A stretch of DNA of 41,400 nucleotides from Archangiaceae bacterium (GTDB lineage: Bacteria > Myxococcota > Myxococcia > Myxococcales > Myxococcaceae): contig JAYVCD010000056.1 in NCBI GenBank assembly GCA_043750125.1, positions 1-41,400 on the forward strand. The letters run 5' to 3'. Positions 19,607-30,880 of the stretch are shown piece by piece. Position 1 is the first letter of the stretch, and each line of letters starts with the position of its first letter. The translations under genes and the position numbers were made by a program. The notes below the pieces were generated by a model. It was not told the origin of the DNA. It made no database searches and saw only the letters and a program-made list of their open reading frames with translations.

Positions 19607-20563
19607 TTAGAAATTCAGACTGAGACCGGCGCCGATGCCGCCAGAGGTAGGAAAGAGAAAGAGCCGGGGCGCCTGCGTTTTGGGCGCGGGGGACACGGCG
19701 TTGAGCCGCAAGGTCTGGGTGGTGACGACTTCGTCCTGGTGGTGCCAGAGCGCGTCGGCCACGCCCAGGGCCCACGCGACGTAGAAGGCGCCCCCCGCCG
19801 AGTACTTGGTGATCTTCCAGTTGTTGGCCGAGTTGCGCAGCCCCACGGGAATGCGGCGCACGGTCACCGAGAACGGGTAGATCCGATCGACGAAGGTGTA
19901 GGTGTACGGCTCGTAAAGGCGTTCGATCACGAAGAAGGCGACCATGCTGGTTAGAGCAAGCGCCGCCTCGACCGAAGCAAAGAGGACGGCGAAGCCGGTT
20001 CGGCCCTGCTGAAACTGGCCCGCCCCGAACGGAATGAGGTTCACCATCAACGCCCGCTTTTCGATGGTGCGCACCGTCACTTCCTGCGCCTGTTGGTCGA
20101 GCCGACGGCGGGTCTCTTCGGCCTGGCTTCGGGCTTTATCGCGCTCGGACAATTCCCGGCGCAGCTGCTCTTCGCGCAGCGCGATCTGCTGACGAATGAG
20201 GTTGAGGCTGTCGGCGTTCTTTCGCTTCACTTCCTCGAACACCCGAATTGCCGGCGGCGGGTAGGCGAAGGGGTCCAGCACGTAATCGGGGTTCAACTGC
20301 AGCAGCGAGAAGAAGTGCTTTTCCGCCGCCGGGGCATCGCCGAGGTTGAAGGCTGACAGGCCGGCGTACTTCTGCAGCTCGACCCGTTGGGCTTCGTTGA
20401 AGTTCAAGACTTCCATCGCGTTGCGCGCCCGGTTGAGGGCTTCGCGGTAGTTGCCGACATTGAAGTTCTGTCGAACGATCTCGAGCTCACGATCGGGGAC
20501 GATCGCCTGCGCCATTGCAGTGATCGACACCAGCACGCTGAGCAGCGCCGCCCCCCGGCTCAT
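19607..20563 (-). CDS. Exported TPR protein with C-terminal membrane/beta segment
   Basis: Signal peptide, TPR (YAGLSAFNLG..LLQLNPDY), coiled coil, LIPFGAGQFQQG and C-terminal GAGLSLNF. Confidence 0.75.
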   Translation of the reverse strand: MSRGAALLSVLVSITAMAQAIVPDRELEIVRQNFNVGNYREALNRARNAMEVLNFNEAQRVELQKYAGLSAFNLGDAPAAEKHFFSLLQLNPDYVLDPFAYPPPAIRVFEEVKRKNADSLNLIRQQIALREEQLRRELSERDKARSQAEETRRRLDQQAQEVTVRTIEKRALMVNLIPFGAGQFQQGRTGFAVLFASVEAALALTSMVAFFVIERLYEPYTYTFVDRIYPFSVTVRRIPVGLRNSANNWKITKYSAGGAFYVAWALGVADALWHHQDEVVTTQTLRLNAVSPAPKTQAPRLFLFPTSGGIGAGLSLNF

Positions 20564-22401
20564 TGCGTTCTGCCCTTCCTGTCGATGACCTGCGCTTTAC
20601 CGGCGATGATCGGCAACGTTTCCCCCTGCAGCAACTGGCCGTCGAGCGTGACCTCGTAGCTCACCAGGTGGCGCTGCTGCGCAGATCCTTCGGGAGGAGT
20701 CTCAATTCGAAACGGCTTCGCGCGCGCCTGCGCCACCGTGCGCTGCTCGGCGCCAATGCGCACCTGCGCCTCGTCCGGAAAGCCCTCGAACGTCACCAGT
20801 GAAGGCTTGAGGGGGGGGTTGACCCAAAGCTCATTCGCGCGGCCGGGTTGCACGTCATGCTGGCTCGAGCGGCCCGCCGGCTCGCAGTGCTCTTCGCAGG
20901 TGACCGTGAAGGTGTGCCGCCCAGGCGGCAGGTTGAGCTCGAAGAGGGTGAGCTGATCTCGGGTGCGGGGAGCGCCGTCGACGGACAAGTACCCGAACGG
21001 GCGAACCTTGACCGTCACCTTCACCAGCTCGGCGAGGGGAGGAAAGGGGCCCTTCTTGGGTTCGACGTGTGCCGTCGCCCCCTTCAGCGGGACGAACAGC
21101 TTGGCTGCCGGGTCGGGGGGTAGGGGCGGGAAGACGATCGGCTCGATTGGGGTGGGCGCGGTCAGATGCAGCGGCGGGTACACCGAGGCCCAGAGCACCA
21201 GATCGGTCGGCAACCGCAGCAGGGGAGGGTGAAAATCTTCGACCTCGCGCGCCACCGCGACCCCCTTCCACACGCCCATCGCGATCACGAACAGGGTGCC
21301 GGCGGCGAAGGCCCCTCGCATCAATCGGCCCTGGCGCCGCTGGCGCGCCTTCGAAGCCTTCAACTGGGTGAGCAGGCTCAGCGCGCGGATGTTGCCCGGG
21401 TCCAGCGCCAGCACGTGGTTCAACGACGCCAGGGCCTTTGCCGACCGCTTGTCTGCAATCAACTGCTCGCTGCGCTTGAGCAGTGCGTCCGTCATCCGGG
21501 GAGTGAGCTCTTTTCGGTAACCGGCCGGGTTCGAGAAAAACCGGGGCAGCTCTTCATGCACGCGGGTCAGGCCCAGGTCGCTCAAGTACGTGGCGAGCTT
21601 CTCTTTGAGCTTTCCGGCGTTGCTCAGCCGCTGGCTCGGCTGGCGCACCAGGCACATCGCGATGATGTCGGCCAGCTCGTCACTGACGGTCGGCAGCACC
21701 TGGCGCGGATCTTCATAGACACAGTCGAGGATGCGCTTCAGCGTCGCGGTGGTGTTGGCGGCAGTGAAGGGCAAACGCCCGGTTGCAAACATGTAGAGCA
21801 TCGTGCCCAGCGAGAAGACGTCGGCTTCGGGGCCGGCCTCTTCCCCCTCGATGATCTCCGGAGCCATGTGGGCGGGGGACCCCACCAGCGCGCCGGTCAT
21901 CGTCATCTTCTCGTCGCGGTCGAGGATTTTCGCGATTCCGAAGTCCATCAGCTTGAGCACTCCGTCGTCGCGGAGCATCACGTTCTCGGGCTTGAGATCG
22001 CGGTGGATCACCCCGCTCTCGTGCGCGTGGGCCAGCGCGCAGGCGATCTCGTGCACCACCATCGCCGCCACTTCGGGAGGATCGAGGCTCTCTTCAGCCA
22101 GGAACTGCCGCAGGGTCTTGCCACGGATGTACTCGGTGACGATGTACGCGTCTTGATCGTCCGCCGCGGCGAAGTCGAACACCTCGAGGATGTTCGGGTG
22201 GTGCAGCCTCGCGACCGCTTTCGCCTCGCGCGCCAGCCGCTTGCGCGATTCGTCGCGCCCCGCCAGGTGCGGGTGCAGCACCTTCACCGCCACCTCGCGA
22301 TCGAGCGCGGTGTCGAGGCCCTTGTAGACGACGCTCATGCCGCCCTGGCCCAGCTGTTCCAGGATCCGGTACCGACCAATCTGGCGGCCGACCAGTGACA
22401 T
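20560..22401 (-). CDS. Membrane Hanks-type Ser/Thr protein kinase
   Basis: LGQGGMSVVY, VAVK, HRDLKPEN, DFG, MAPE and DVFSLG motifs, a TM helix and a PEGA-like C-terminus. ATG at 22401 overlaps the pfkA stop (TGATG). Confidence 0.93.
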   Translation of the reverse strand: MSLVGRQIGRYRILEQLGQGGMSVVYKGLDTALDREVAVKVLHPHLAGRDESRKRLAREAKAVARLHHPNILEVFDFAAADDQDAYIVTEYIRGKTLRQFLAEESLDPPEVAAMVVHEIACALAHAHESGVIHRDLKPENVMLRDDGVLKLMDFGIAKILDRDEKMTMTGALVGSPAHMAPEIIEGEEAGPEADVFSLGTMLYMFATGRLPFTAANTTATLKRILDCVYEDPRQVLPTVSDELADIIAMCLVRQPSQRLSNAGKLKEKLATYLSDLGLTRVHEELPRFFSNPAGYRKELTPRMTDALLKRSEQLIADKRSAKALASLNHVLALDPGNIRALSLLTQLKASKARQRRQGRLMRGAFAAGTLFVIAMGVWKGVAVAREVEDFHPPLLRLPTDLVLWASVYPPLHLTAPTPIEPIVFPPLPPDPAAKLFVPLKGATAHVEPKKGPFPPLAELVKVTVKVRPFGYLSVDGAPRTRDQLTLFELNLPPGRHTFTVTCEEHCEPAGRSSQHDVQPGRANELWVNPPLKPSLVTFEGFPDEAQVRIGAEQRTVAQARAKPFRIETPPEGSAQQRHLVSYEVTLDGQLLQGETLPIIAGKAQVIDRKGRTQ

Positions 22402-23486
22402 CAGTCGCCGAAGCTCACGCCCATGCTCTTGGCGAACATCACGATTTCGCCCATCGGGTCGACCCGCCGTTCCTTCTTCGATTCCGACAGCGGCACGCTG
22501 ACGATCGCCGAGTTGCGCAGCGCGACCATGTGGTCCCACTGCGAGTCGCGCACCAGATCGAGCACCTTGCAGCCGTACCGGGTGGCGAGCAGGCGATCAG
22601 CGGCGGTCGGCCCGCCTCCGCGCTGCAGGTGCCCAAGCACCGTGACCCGGATCTCGGCCTCGATGTGCGCGGCGAGATCATCGGCCAGCACCTTGCCCGC
22701 GCCGCCCAACCGCACCACGCCCCGGCCCGGCACGTCTTCCGCTTTCTGCGCTACCGACAGCGTGCCGCCCTTCGGATGCGCGCCCTCTGAGATGGCGATG
22801 ATGGTGAAGCTGCGCTTCCGGTTTCCGCGCCGCTGGATCTTCGCAACCACCGACTCGAGCCGGTAGGGGATCTCGGGAATCAAGATCACGTCGGCGCCTC
22901 CTGCGATGCCCGAGTCGAGGGTGAGAAAGCCGGCGTGGCGACCCATGATCTCGACCACCATCACCCGATCGTGCGATTCGGCGGTGGTGTGGAGTCGGTC
23001 GATGGCTTCGGTGACGATCATTCGCGCGGTGTCGAATCCAAATGTCTGATCGGTGCCGCTCAGGTCGTTATCGATCGTTTTCGGGCACCCGACGACGTTC
23101 ATTCCCAGCGTCCCCAGCCGGTGGGCGATGGACAGCGTGCCGTCGCCCCCAATCGCGATCAGCCCGTCGAGCTTCAATTCCCTGTAGCGCTTGAGCGCCT
23201 CGGCCGAATGATCGCGCTCGACCCATTTGCCCCCTTCCTTCCTCGCGTATTGAAACGGGTTGGCCTTGTTCGAGGTGCCCAGAATGGTGCCCCCCTTCAT
23301 CAAGATTCCCCGGGTGTGCTCGAGCCCCAGGGGGTTGGCCATCTCAGGCTCCATCAGCCCCTGGTACCCGTTCTCTATCCCCACGAACTCGTGCTTGAAC
23401 TCGAGGATCCCGCGCTTGACCACCGCGCGGATGAGAGGATTCAAGCCGGGGCAATCTCCGCCACCCGTCAGCACTCCGAGTCTCAT
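22401..23486 (-). CDS. pfkA: 6-phosphofructokinase
   Basis: TGGGDCPGLN, GGTILGT, IGGDGT, PKTIDND, EIMGRHAG and LGHLQRGG. Confidence 0.95.
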   Translation of the reverse strand: MRLGVLTGGGDCPGLNPLIRAVVKRGILEFKHEFVGIENGYQGLMEPEMANPLGLEHTRGILMKGGTILGTSNKANPFQYARKEGGKWVERDHSAEALKRYRELKLDGLIAIGGDGTLSIAHRLGTLGMNVVGCPKTIDNDLSGTDQTFGFDTARMIVTEAIDRLHTTAESHDRVMVVEIMGRHAGFLTLDSGIAGGADVILIPEIPYRLESVVAKIQRRGNRKRSFTIIAISEGAHPKGGTLSVAQKAEDVPGRGVVRLGGAGKVLADDLAAHIEAEIRVTVLGHLQRGGGPTAADRLLATRYGCKVLDLVRDSQWDHMVALRNSAIVSVPLSESKKERRVDPMGEIVMFAKSMGVSFGD

Positions 23487-23649
23487 GCACGTTCCCTAAA
23501 CGTCGATTGGAGAAAAAACTAAGGCGCAGCCGTCGCGCCAGCGGCGAAGACTATGACACTGGCGTCGGGGAAAACAGCACTCGAGTGACAGTTCGGTCGG
23601 ACTCTTTTTCACAAAGGTCGGTTCGGCTCGTACCCACCGACCGCATCGG

Positions 23650-24117
23650 TCAGGGCTTTCGGCGACGGACGATTCGCTCGAGCAGCTCGGACAACGCGTC
23701 CTCGACGGACTTCGGCGCCGGGGGAACAGACGCTCGGGCCCCTTGCGACTGCATGATTCGAAACAGCTCGGTGAGCCGGTCTTTGAGCAGCTCATTCGAC
23801 GGCTGATCGGCGAGCGCCTTCCGGTATGTCGCGATCGCTGCCGCGTAGTCGCCGCGGGAAGCGAATGTCTCGGCCTGCTCGAGCAGCGCGCCGCCGCGGC
23901 GAGGTCCCGAGGGATCAGGAACGAAGCGGCTCTTCGCCGACGTAAGCTCCATCGGCTGCAGGTTCTCTTTGAGGTTCTTGAGCTTCTCGGCCAGCGGCGC
24001 ATCGGCGGGGAAGGCGACGCACAGCTGCTCGAAAAAACTGAGCGCCGTCGAAAGCTCGCCGCGGCGCATTGCCCGATCGCCTTTTGCTTCGAGCGTGTCG
24101 CGTTCGTCTGCAGTCAT
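23650..24117 (-). CDS. Small TPR protein
   Basis: Two TPR-like units (GDRAMRRGELSTALSFF; AETFASRGDYAAAIATYRKALADQP) with a GGAAGG RBS upstream. Confidence 0.72.
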   Translation of the reverse strand: MTADERDTLEAKGDRAMRRGELSTALSFFEQLCVAFPADAPLAEKLKNLKENLQPMELTSAKSRFVPDPSGPRRGGALLEQAETFASRGDYAAAIATYRKALADQPSNELLKDRLTELFRIMQSQGARASVPPAPKSVEDALSELLERIVRRRKP

Positions 24118-24133
24118 CTAACCTTCCTGATCG

Positions 24134-24790
24134 ATGCTGAGCGTGATGCTGGTGCTGTTGCTGACGGGCGAGGGTGAGCCCACGCTGGGCGCGGCGCTCA
24201 AGCAAAGCGGCTTCACCCTCAAGCCTCCGCGCGGCTTTCGAATGGCACGAATGGATCTGTTCAATGGCACGCGGGTGGCGGCGATCGCCACTGCGCCCAA
24301 CGTTCCCCGGTGGCTCGCGGCCGCGCTGGTCGATTCAGACAGCGAGGAAGCCGCTTCGATGCTCGTCGGAGTCGTCGAGGCGCCGTTCGCCCTGGGCCCC
24401 GGCGCACGCGACGAGCTGTCTGCCGCTGCGGTGCGCCACTTCACCGACGAGCTGGGGCTGAAATTTGCGATGGAGCGGGCCGAAGCGGTCGCGGGCGCTG
24501 CTCCGCACGTGCGGGTACTGGGGTCGGTAAGGCAGGGAAGCCAGTTGCGCAAAGTGTTGATTGCGGCGTTTCCCGGTGAGGCGCGCCACCTGGTGGTGAT
24601 GTTCACGGCTCCCAGTGGCCGGTTCGAGTCACTGGAAAAAGTGTTCAGCGAGAGCCTTGAGAGCGTGCGCAGCGAGGCTCCTTCGAGTGCGACGGGAAGG
24701 ACCTTCGCGTGGCTTGCGTTGGCGATGGTCGGCGCGTTGCTTGCGGCGTCATTCCGGCTATGGCGCAGACGGGCAATCACTCGGCAGTGA
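24134..24790 (+). CDS. Hypothetical exported protein with C-terminal TM anchor (PsbP/DcrB-like fold suspected)
   Basis: Hydrophobic N-terminus, GFTLKPPRGF, RFESLEKVFSESLESVR, and a C-terminal TM followed by RRR. Confidence 0.65.
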   Translation: MLSVMLVLLLTGEGEPTLGAALKQSGFTLKPPRGFRMARMDLFNGTRVAAIATAPNVPRWLAAALVDSDSEEAASMLVGVVEAPFALGPGARDELSAAAVRHFTDELGLKFAMERAEAVAGAAPHVRVLGSVRQGSQLRKVLIAAFPGEARHLVVMFTAPSGRFESLEKVFSESLESVRSEAPSSATGRTFAWLALAMVGALLAASFRLWRRRAITRQ

Positions 24791-25265
24791 CGGTGGTCGT
24801 GCCCAGCACGGCTCCGGCGCGGACCACGCTGATTGTCCACTTCCCCTTCTTGGTCAGAATCTGAGATCGCCAGGTGCGCACCCGCATTTCGGTGTCGAGC
24901 TTCATGTCGATGGTGCTGCGAACGGTGCCTTCATGGGCGAACTGCAGCGTCACGTCGTCGTAGTTGGCGCCCTTCGGCAAGAGCCACATCGTCCACCCAT
25001 GAATGGGGGTGTTCACTTTCACCGGCCCTTTTACTTCCTCGAGGCACTCGAACCTCGTCGGGCTGTCCCTGGTGCCATCGACCTTGAGGCACGCCTTGAG
25101 CTCAACCAGCACCGGCCCCCGATCTTTGCCGTTGTAGTAGTAGTCGAGCACGCGGCGCACTTCTGCGGCCGGAGGCGGGGGCAGGGCGGGCACGAGCGCG
25201 CCGGCGTCCTGCGCGAGCGCTTGGGTGCCCAGCAAAACGATGGCGGCAACGGTCAGGCGGTGCAT
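24777..25265 (-). CDS. Exported protein, DUF2914-like C-terminus
   Basis: Signal peptide ending [23 protein letters not shown] motif and a GAGGGG RBS. Confidence 0.7.
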   Translation of the reverse strand: MHRLTVAAIVLLGTQALAQDAGALVPALPPPPAAEVRRVLDYYYNGKDRGPVLVELKACLKVDGTRDSPTRFECLEEVKGPVKVNTPIHGWTMWLLPKGANYDDVTLQFAHEGTVRSTIDMKLDTEMRVRTWRSQILTKKGKWTISVVRAGAVLGTTTVTAE

Positions 25266-25339
25266 GTTTCCCCCTCGTACGAAGTGAGTTCGCGAAGGGT
25301 AGCGGGGTAAAGGGGTTAATGCTACGAGCCCGCGACTTC

Positions 25340-27151
<1,812 letters not shown>

Positions 27152-28414
27152 GTGACCTCTTCGACGAGCTCTGACCAGGCGCTGAAGAAGGTGCGCTGGC
27201 TCGAGCGCTTCTACAGCTTGTGGGCGCCGCTGACGGTGTTCGGCATCGCGTTCGTCATCTACCTGGTGATCGTCGAGAACTCGGTGTGCAGCTATTTCGG
27301 GCTGCAGCCGGTGCTGAAAGTGTTTGGCCTGATCTGCTTCATCGCCTGGGGCGCGCTGGTGGGGATGCGGACCCTGGTCAAGCCGTTCCGGCAGCTGCGC
27401 CAGGCGCGGCACATGGCCGAAGAGGTGGTGGACGAGCTCGACGGGCTGCTGAAGAAGAACCCCACCGCGCTCAAAGACAAGGCGCGGGAAGAGATTCTCG
27501 GTTTGCGCGAGCAGGTGCTGACCGCGATGCCGGGCCCGGACGCCGCTGCGATTCGGACGGCCACCGAGCTGCTCGATGGGGCGATGGACAAGCACCTGAG
27601 CAAGTGGAGGAAAGGAGGGGCGTTCGACTTCGGCTCGGGGTTCGCCAAGGCGCTGCTGGTCGCGTTGCTGATTCGCAGCGTGCTGGTCGAGCCGTTCAAG
27701 ATTCCCTCGGGCTCGATGATTCCCACGTTGGAAATCGGCGACCAGATCTTCGTCAACAAGTTCATCTACGGGGTGCGGATTCCATTCACCAACTTCGTCC
27801 CGTTTCAGATTGTCCGGCCGCCCCGCCGCGGGGACGTGATTGTCTTCAACAACCCGGTGCAGCCGGACAAAGACTTCGTCAAGCGGGTGGTGGGGATCCC
27901 CGGGGACAAGATCGAGGTCGAAGGTCGCCAGGTCAGCATCAACGACGTCCCTTTGGAGCTGAAGACCGAAGCAGACCCCTACTTGCTGTGGGATCAGAAC
28001 GGCAGCACCTGGAGCGAAGGCTATCGCTCGCTGTCCCGCGAAAAGCTCGATGGCGTCGTGCACTTCACGCTGCACGACCGCAGCAATTCGCGCGGCTTCA
28101 ACGGCAACCCGATCACCGTCCCCGAAAAAAGCGTCTTCGTGATGGGCGACAACCGGGACAACAGCGAAGACAGCCGCTACGGGCTGGGGTGTCCCAGTGG
28201 GGCCGGCTGCACTCCGGAAGGCGGCCTCAATGGAGTCGAGTTCGTTCCCTACGGTTCGATCAAGGGCAAGGCGATGGTGATCTGGCTTTCGCTCGGTCAC
28301 GGAGGGCTGTTCTCAGACCTCTTTGGCGGCACCGGCCTGCGCACCGATCGATTCTTTCTGCCGGTGACGATGTGTGGGGCCGAGCCGCCCCGGGCGACAG
28401 CCAAGAATCCTTGA
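27152..28414 (+). CDS. lepB: Signal peptidase I with extended N-terminus
   Basis: Catalytic Ser in IPSGSMIPTL, Lys in FVKRVVG, and MGDNRDNSEDSR. Follows lepA with a GGAGG RBS. Confidence 0.94.
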   Translation: MTSSTSSDQALKKVRWLERFYSLWAPLTVFGIAFVIYLVIVENSVCSYFGLQPVLKVFGLICFIAWGALVGMRTLVKPFRQLRQARHMAEEVVDELDGLLKKNPTALKDKAREEILGLREQVLTAMPGPDAAAIRTATELLDGAMDKHLSKWRKGGAFDFGSGFAKALLVALLIRSVLVEPFKIPSGSMIPTLEIGDQIFVNKFIYGVRIPFTNFVPFQIVRPPRRGDVIVFNNPVQPDKDFVKRVVGIPGDKIEVEGRQVSINDVPLELKTEADPYLLWDQNGSTWSEGYRSLSREKLDGVVHFTLHDRSNSRGFNGNPITVPEKSVFVMGDNRDNSEDSRYGLGCPSGAGCTPEGGLNGVEFVPYGSIKGKAMVIWLSLGHGGLFSDLFGGTGLRTDRFFLPVTMCGAEPPRATAKNP

Positions 28415-28448
28415 CCGTTCCCCGATGCAGTTGGTAGCTGGAGACCTC

Positions 28449-28871
28449 GTGCGCCCCAGCGGAAAAGTGAACCTGATCGCCGTCATAATTCTCGGCGCGA
28501 TCGCGTACGGCATCTGGTGGGTGGTGACCTTCTCGGGCGTCTACCTCGACAACCTCGAAGTGCAGGACGCCGTCGTGGGCGCCTTCAACGAGTCCACCCG
28601 GAAAGACGATGCCTCGACTTCCGGAGCGATCATCCACAAGTGCAACCTCGACACGGTGGGGACCCATCAAGAGGAAGACGCCGAGGGAGTGGTCAAGACC
28701 GTCGGCGGCCTGGGCCTGAAAGAGGAAAACATCACCGTCACCCGCGATGAGGCGACCAAGCGAATCAAGATCGTCGTCGAATATGAACGAAGGGTGGTGC
28801 TGCGCCCGCTGGCGAAGGTGAAGTCCGTCAAGTTCAGGGTCGTGAAGGAAGGCCCTTCGCCTCCCTACTGA
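28449..28871 (+). CDS. DUF4845-like single-pass membrane protein
   Basis: GTG after GGAGA, N-terminal TM and IVVEYERRV motif. The position after lepB matches the usual lepA-lepB-DUF4845 order. Confidence 0.65.
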   Translation: MRPSGKVNLIAVIILGAIAYGIWWVVTFSGVYLDNLEVQDAVVGAFNESTRKDDASTSGAIIHKCNLDTVGTHQEEDAEGVVKTVGGLGLKEENITVTRDEATKRIKIVVEYERRVVLRPLAKVKSVKFRVVKEGPSPPY

Positions 28872-28874
28872 TTC

Positions 28875-29762
28875 ATGCGCCACCTGCTCGCAATCGAAGG
28901 GATGCCTCGCGCCGAAATCGAGGCGCTCCTATTGCGTGCCGACGGCTTTCGCGAAGGGCGAAACAGCGAACGCAGGCTGTCGGGCAAAGTGGTCGGGAAC
29001 CTGTTCTTCGAGCCGTCGACCCGCACCCGATCTTCGTTCGAAATCGCCGCCGCCGCGCTGGGGGCCCACGTCCTCAACTGGACTGTCGCCGGCTCGTCGG
29101 CCTCGAAAGGCGAGTCGCTCCTCGACACCGTTCGAAACCTGGCTGCGATGGGGCCGGCGGTGCTGATCGTTCGCCACCCCAGTTCCGGAGCCGCCGAGCT
29201 CGTCGCCCGGGCGGTGAAGTGCGCGGTGATCAACGCCGGCGACGGTCAGCACGAGCACCCCTCGCAAGGCCTGCTCGATGTCTTCACCTTGAAGCGGCGG
29301 TGGGGCTCGCTGACCGGGAAGAAGGTGGCCATCGTCGGCGACGTGCTCCACAGCCGGGTGGCCCGAAGCAATCTGTACTGCCTTCGCACGATGGGGGTTG
29401 AGGTGGTGCTGTGCGGCCCGGCGACGCTGCTGCCTGCGGAAGTCGGGCGGTTGGGCGCGAAGGTGACCACCGAGCTCGACGAGGCGCTGGACGGAGCCGA
29501 CGCGGTGATGATGCTTCGGGTTCAGCGCGAGCGGCAGACCGAAGCGCTCTTTCCTTCTGAACGGGAATACCACCGCCGTTGGGGGCTGACCGCGGTGCGA
29601 GCCGAAGGGCTGAAGGCCGGAGCGCTGGTGCTGCACCCGGGCCCGGTGAATCGGGGGCTCGAGCTCGCTCCGGAAGTCGCCGACGGGCTGAAGAGCGTGA
29701 TCCTCGAGCAGGTCGAAAATGGAGTCGCGATGCGCAAGGCGATCCTCGAGGCGGTCGCTTGA
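28875..29762 (+). CDS. pyrB: Aspartate carbamoyltransferase catalytic subunit
   Basis: FFEPSTRTRSSF, KGESLLDT, INAGDGQHEHPSQGLLD, RVQRER and HPGPVNRG. Confidence 0.96.
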   Translation: MRHLLAIEGMPRAEIEALLLRADGFREGRNSERRLSGKVVGNLFFEPSTRTRSSFEIAAAALGAHVLNWTVAGSSASKGESLLDTVRNLAAMGPAVLIVRHPSSGAAELVARAVKCAVINAGDGQHEHPSQGLLDVFTLKRRWGSLTGKKVAIVGDVLHSRVARSNLYCLRTMGVEVVLCGPATLLPAEVGRLGAKVTTELDEALDGADAVMMLRVQRERQTEALFPSEREYHRRWGLTAVRAEGLKAGALVLHPGPVNRGLELAPEVADGLKSVILEQVENGVAMRKAILEAVA

Positions 29763-30880
29763 GCGCGACGGTGCTGCGGGGCGGAAGGCTCCTTGACCCC
29801 AAAGGGGGCGTCGACCGGGAAGCCGATCTGGTGCTTCGCGAAGGGCGAATCGCCGAGCTGCTGGCCCCGGGACAGCCGTGTGGAGACCTCGAAACGCTCG
29901 ACGTGAAGGGGTTGTGGGTGATGCCGGGCTTCATCGACCTGCGCTGCGTGCTGAAGGACGCAACCGACCTGAGCGCCGCGCTCGAAGGGGGCTACACGAC
30001 GGTGGTCTGTTCGGCCGACAGTGAAGCGGTGGTCAGCCCGTGGGTGCGGGTGCTTCGCGCGGCGGCCCTGTCCAAACACCTCGAGGGAGAAGAGCTGGGC
30101 GAGGTGCCCGCGGACGCGGTCTGCCTCTGCAACGGCAGCCGGCCGATCGTCCGGGGCGGGCTGATGCGGAGAGCGCTGCAGTACTCGCGGCCCCTGAAGA
30201 TTCCGGTGATGGTGCATTCGGAGGACCCTTCGCTGTCTGGGCGCGGAGTGCTGGGCGAGGGCTTCGTCGCGACCTGGTTGGGACTTCCGTCGGTGCCGCC
30301 TTCCGCCGAAGTCTCGGTCGTCGCTCGAGATCTGGCGCTGCTCGAAGAGCAGGGTGGGCGGCTCCACTTTTCGCACCTGACCTGCGCGGGCAGCGTCCGG
30401 TTGCTCAAAGACGCTCAGTCGCGCGGGCTGGCCGTGAGCGCAGACGTGACCCCCCACCACCTGACGATGACCGACGAAGCCGCGCGCGGCTATGCGATCG
30501 AAGCGCGGGTCTGGCCCCCGCTGCGGCCTGCTTCCGACGTGGCGGCGCTGGTGGCGGCCGTGAAAGACGGCACGATCGAAGCGGTGGCCAGCGATCACCA
30601 CCGCATCGACCCGGTCGAGCGCGAGCACCCGTTTGATCAGTGCACTCCGGGCATCGACAGCCTGGCCCATGCCTTTCGACGGGTCGGGGCTCTGGGGCTC
30701 GAGCCGCTGGTGTTGGCGCGGCTCTTTTCGTCCGGGCCGGCGGCGATCTTGAAGCTCGATGGAGGCTGCCTGCTGGCCAATGCCCGCGCAGACCTGACGA
30801 TCGTCGACCCCACCCACCCTTGCGTGCGTTACACCGTGATCGGCGGCGAAGTCCGATTTACCCGGGAAACAGGAACATGA
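29759..30880 (+). CDS. pyrC: Dihydroorotase-like protein, probably catalytically inactive (PyrC')
   Basis: TTG start overlaps the pyrB stop. DHOase fold motifs PGFID, VHSED, SHLT, DVTPHHL, PPLR and ASDH are present, but HxH is replaced by R-C-V. Confidence 0.85.
   Translation: MSATVLRGGRLLDPKGGVDREADLVLREGRIAELLAPGQPCGDLETLDVKGLWVMPGFIDLRCVLKDATDLSAALEGGYTTVVCSADSEAVVSPWVRVLRAAALSKHLEGEELGEVPADAVCLCNGSRPIVRGGLMRRALQYSRPLKIPVMVHSEDPSLSGRGVLGEGFVATWLGLPSVPPSAEVSVVARDLALLEEQGGRLHFSHLTCAGSVRLLKDAQSRGLAVSADVTPHHLTMTDEAARGYAIEARVWPPLRPASDVAALVAAVKDGTIEAVASDHHRIDPVEREHPFDQCTPGIDSLAHAFRRVGALGLEPLVLARLFSSGPAAILKLDGGCLLANARADLTIVDPTHPCVRYTVIGGEVRFTRETGT

Noticed and set aside
24700..24790. C-terminal TM plus RRR resembling a MYXO-CTERM sorting signal
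   Set aside because: It lacks the conserved Gly-Cys motif before the TM helix.
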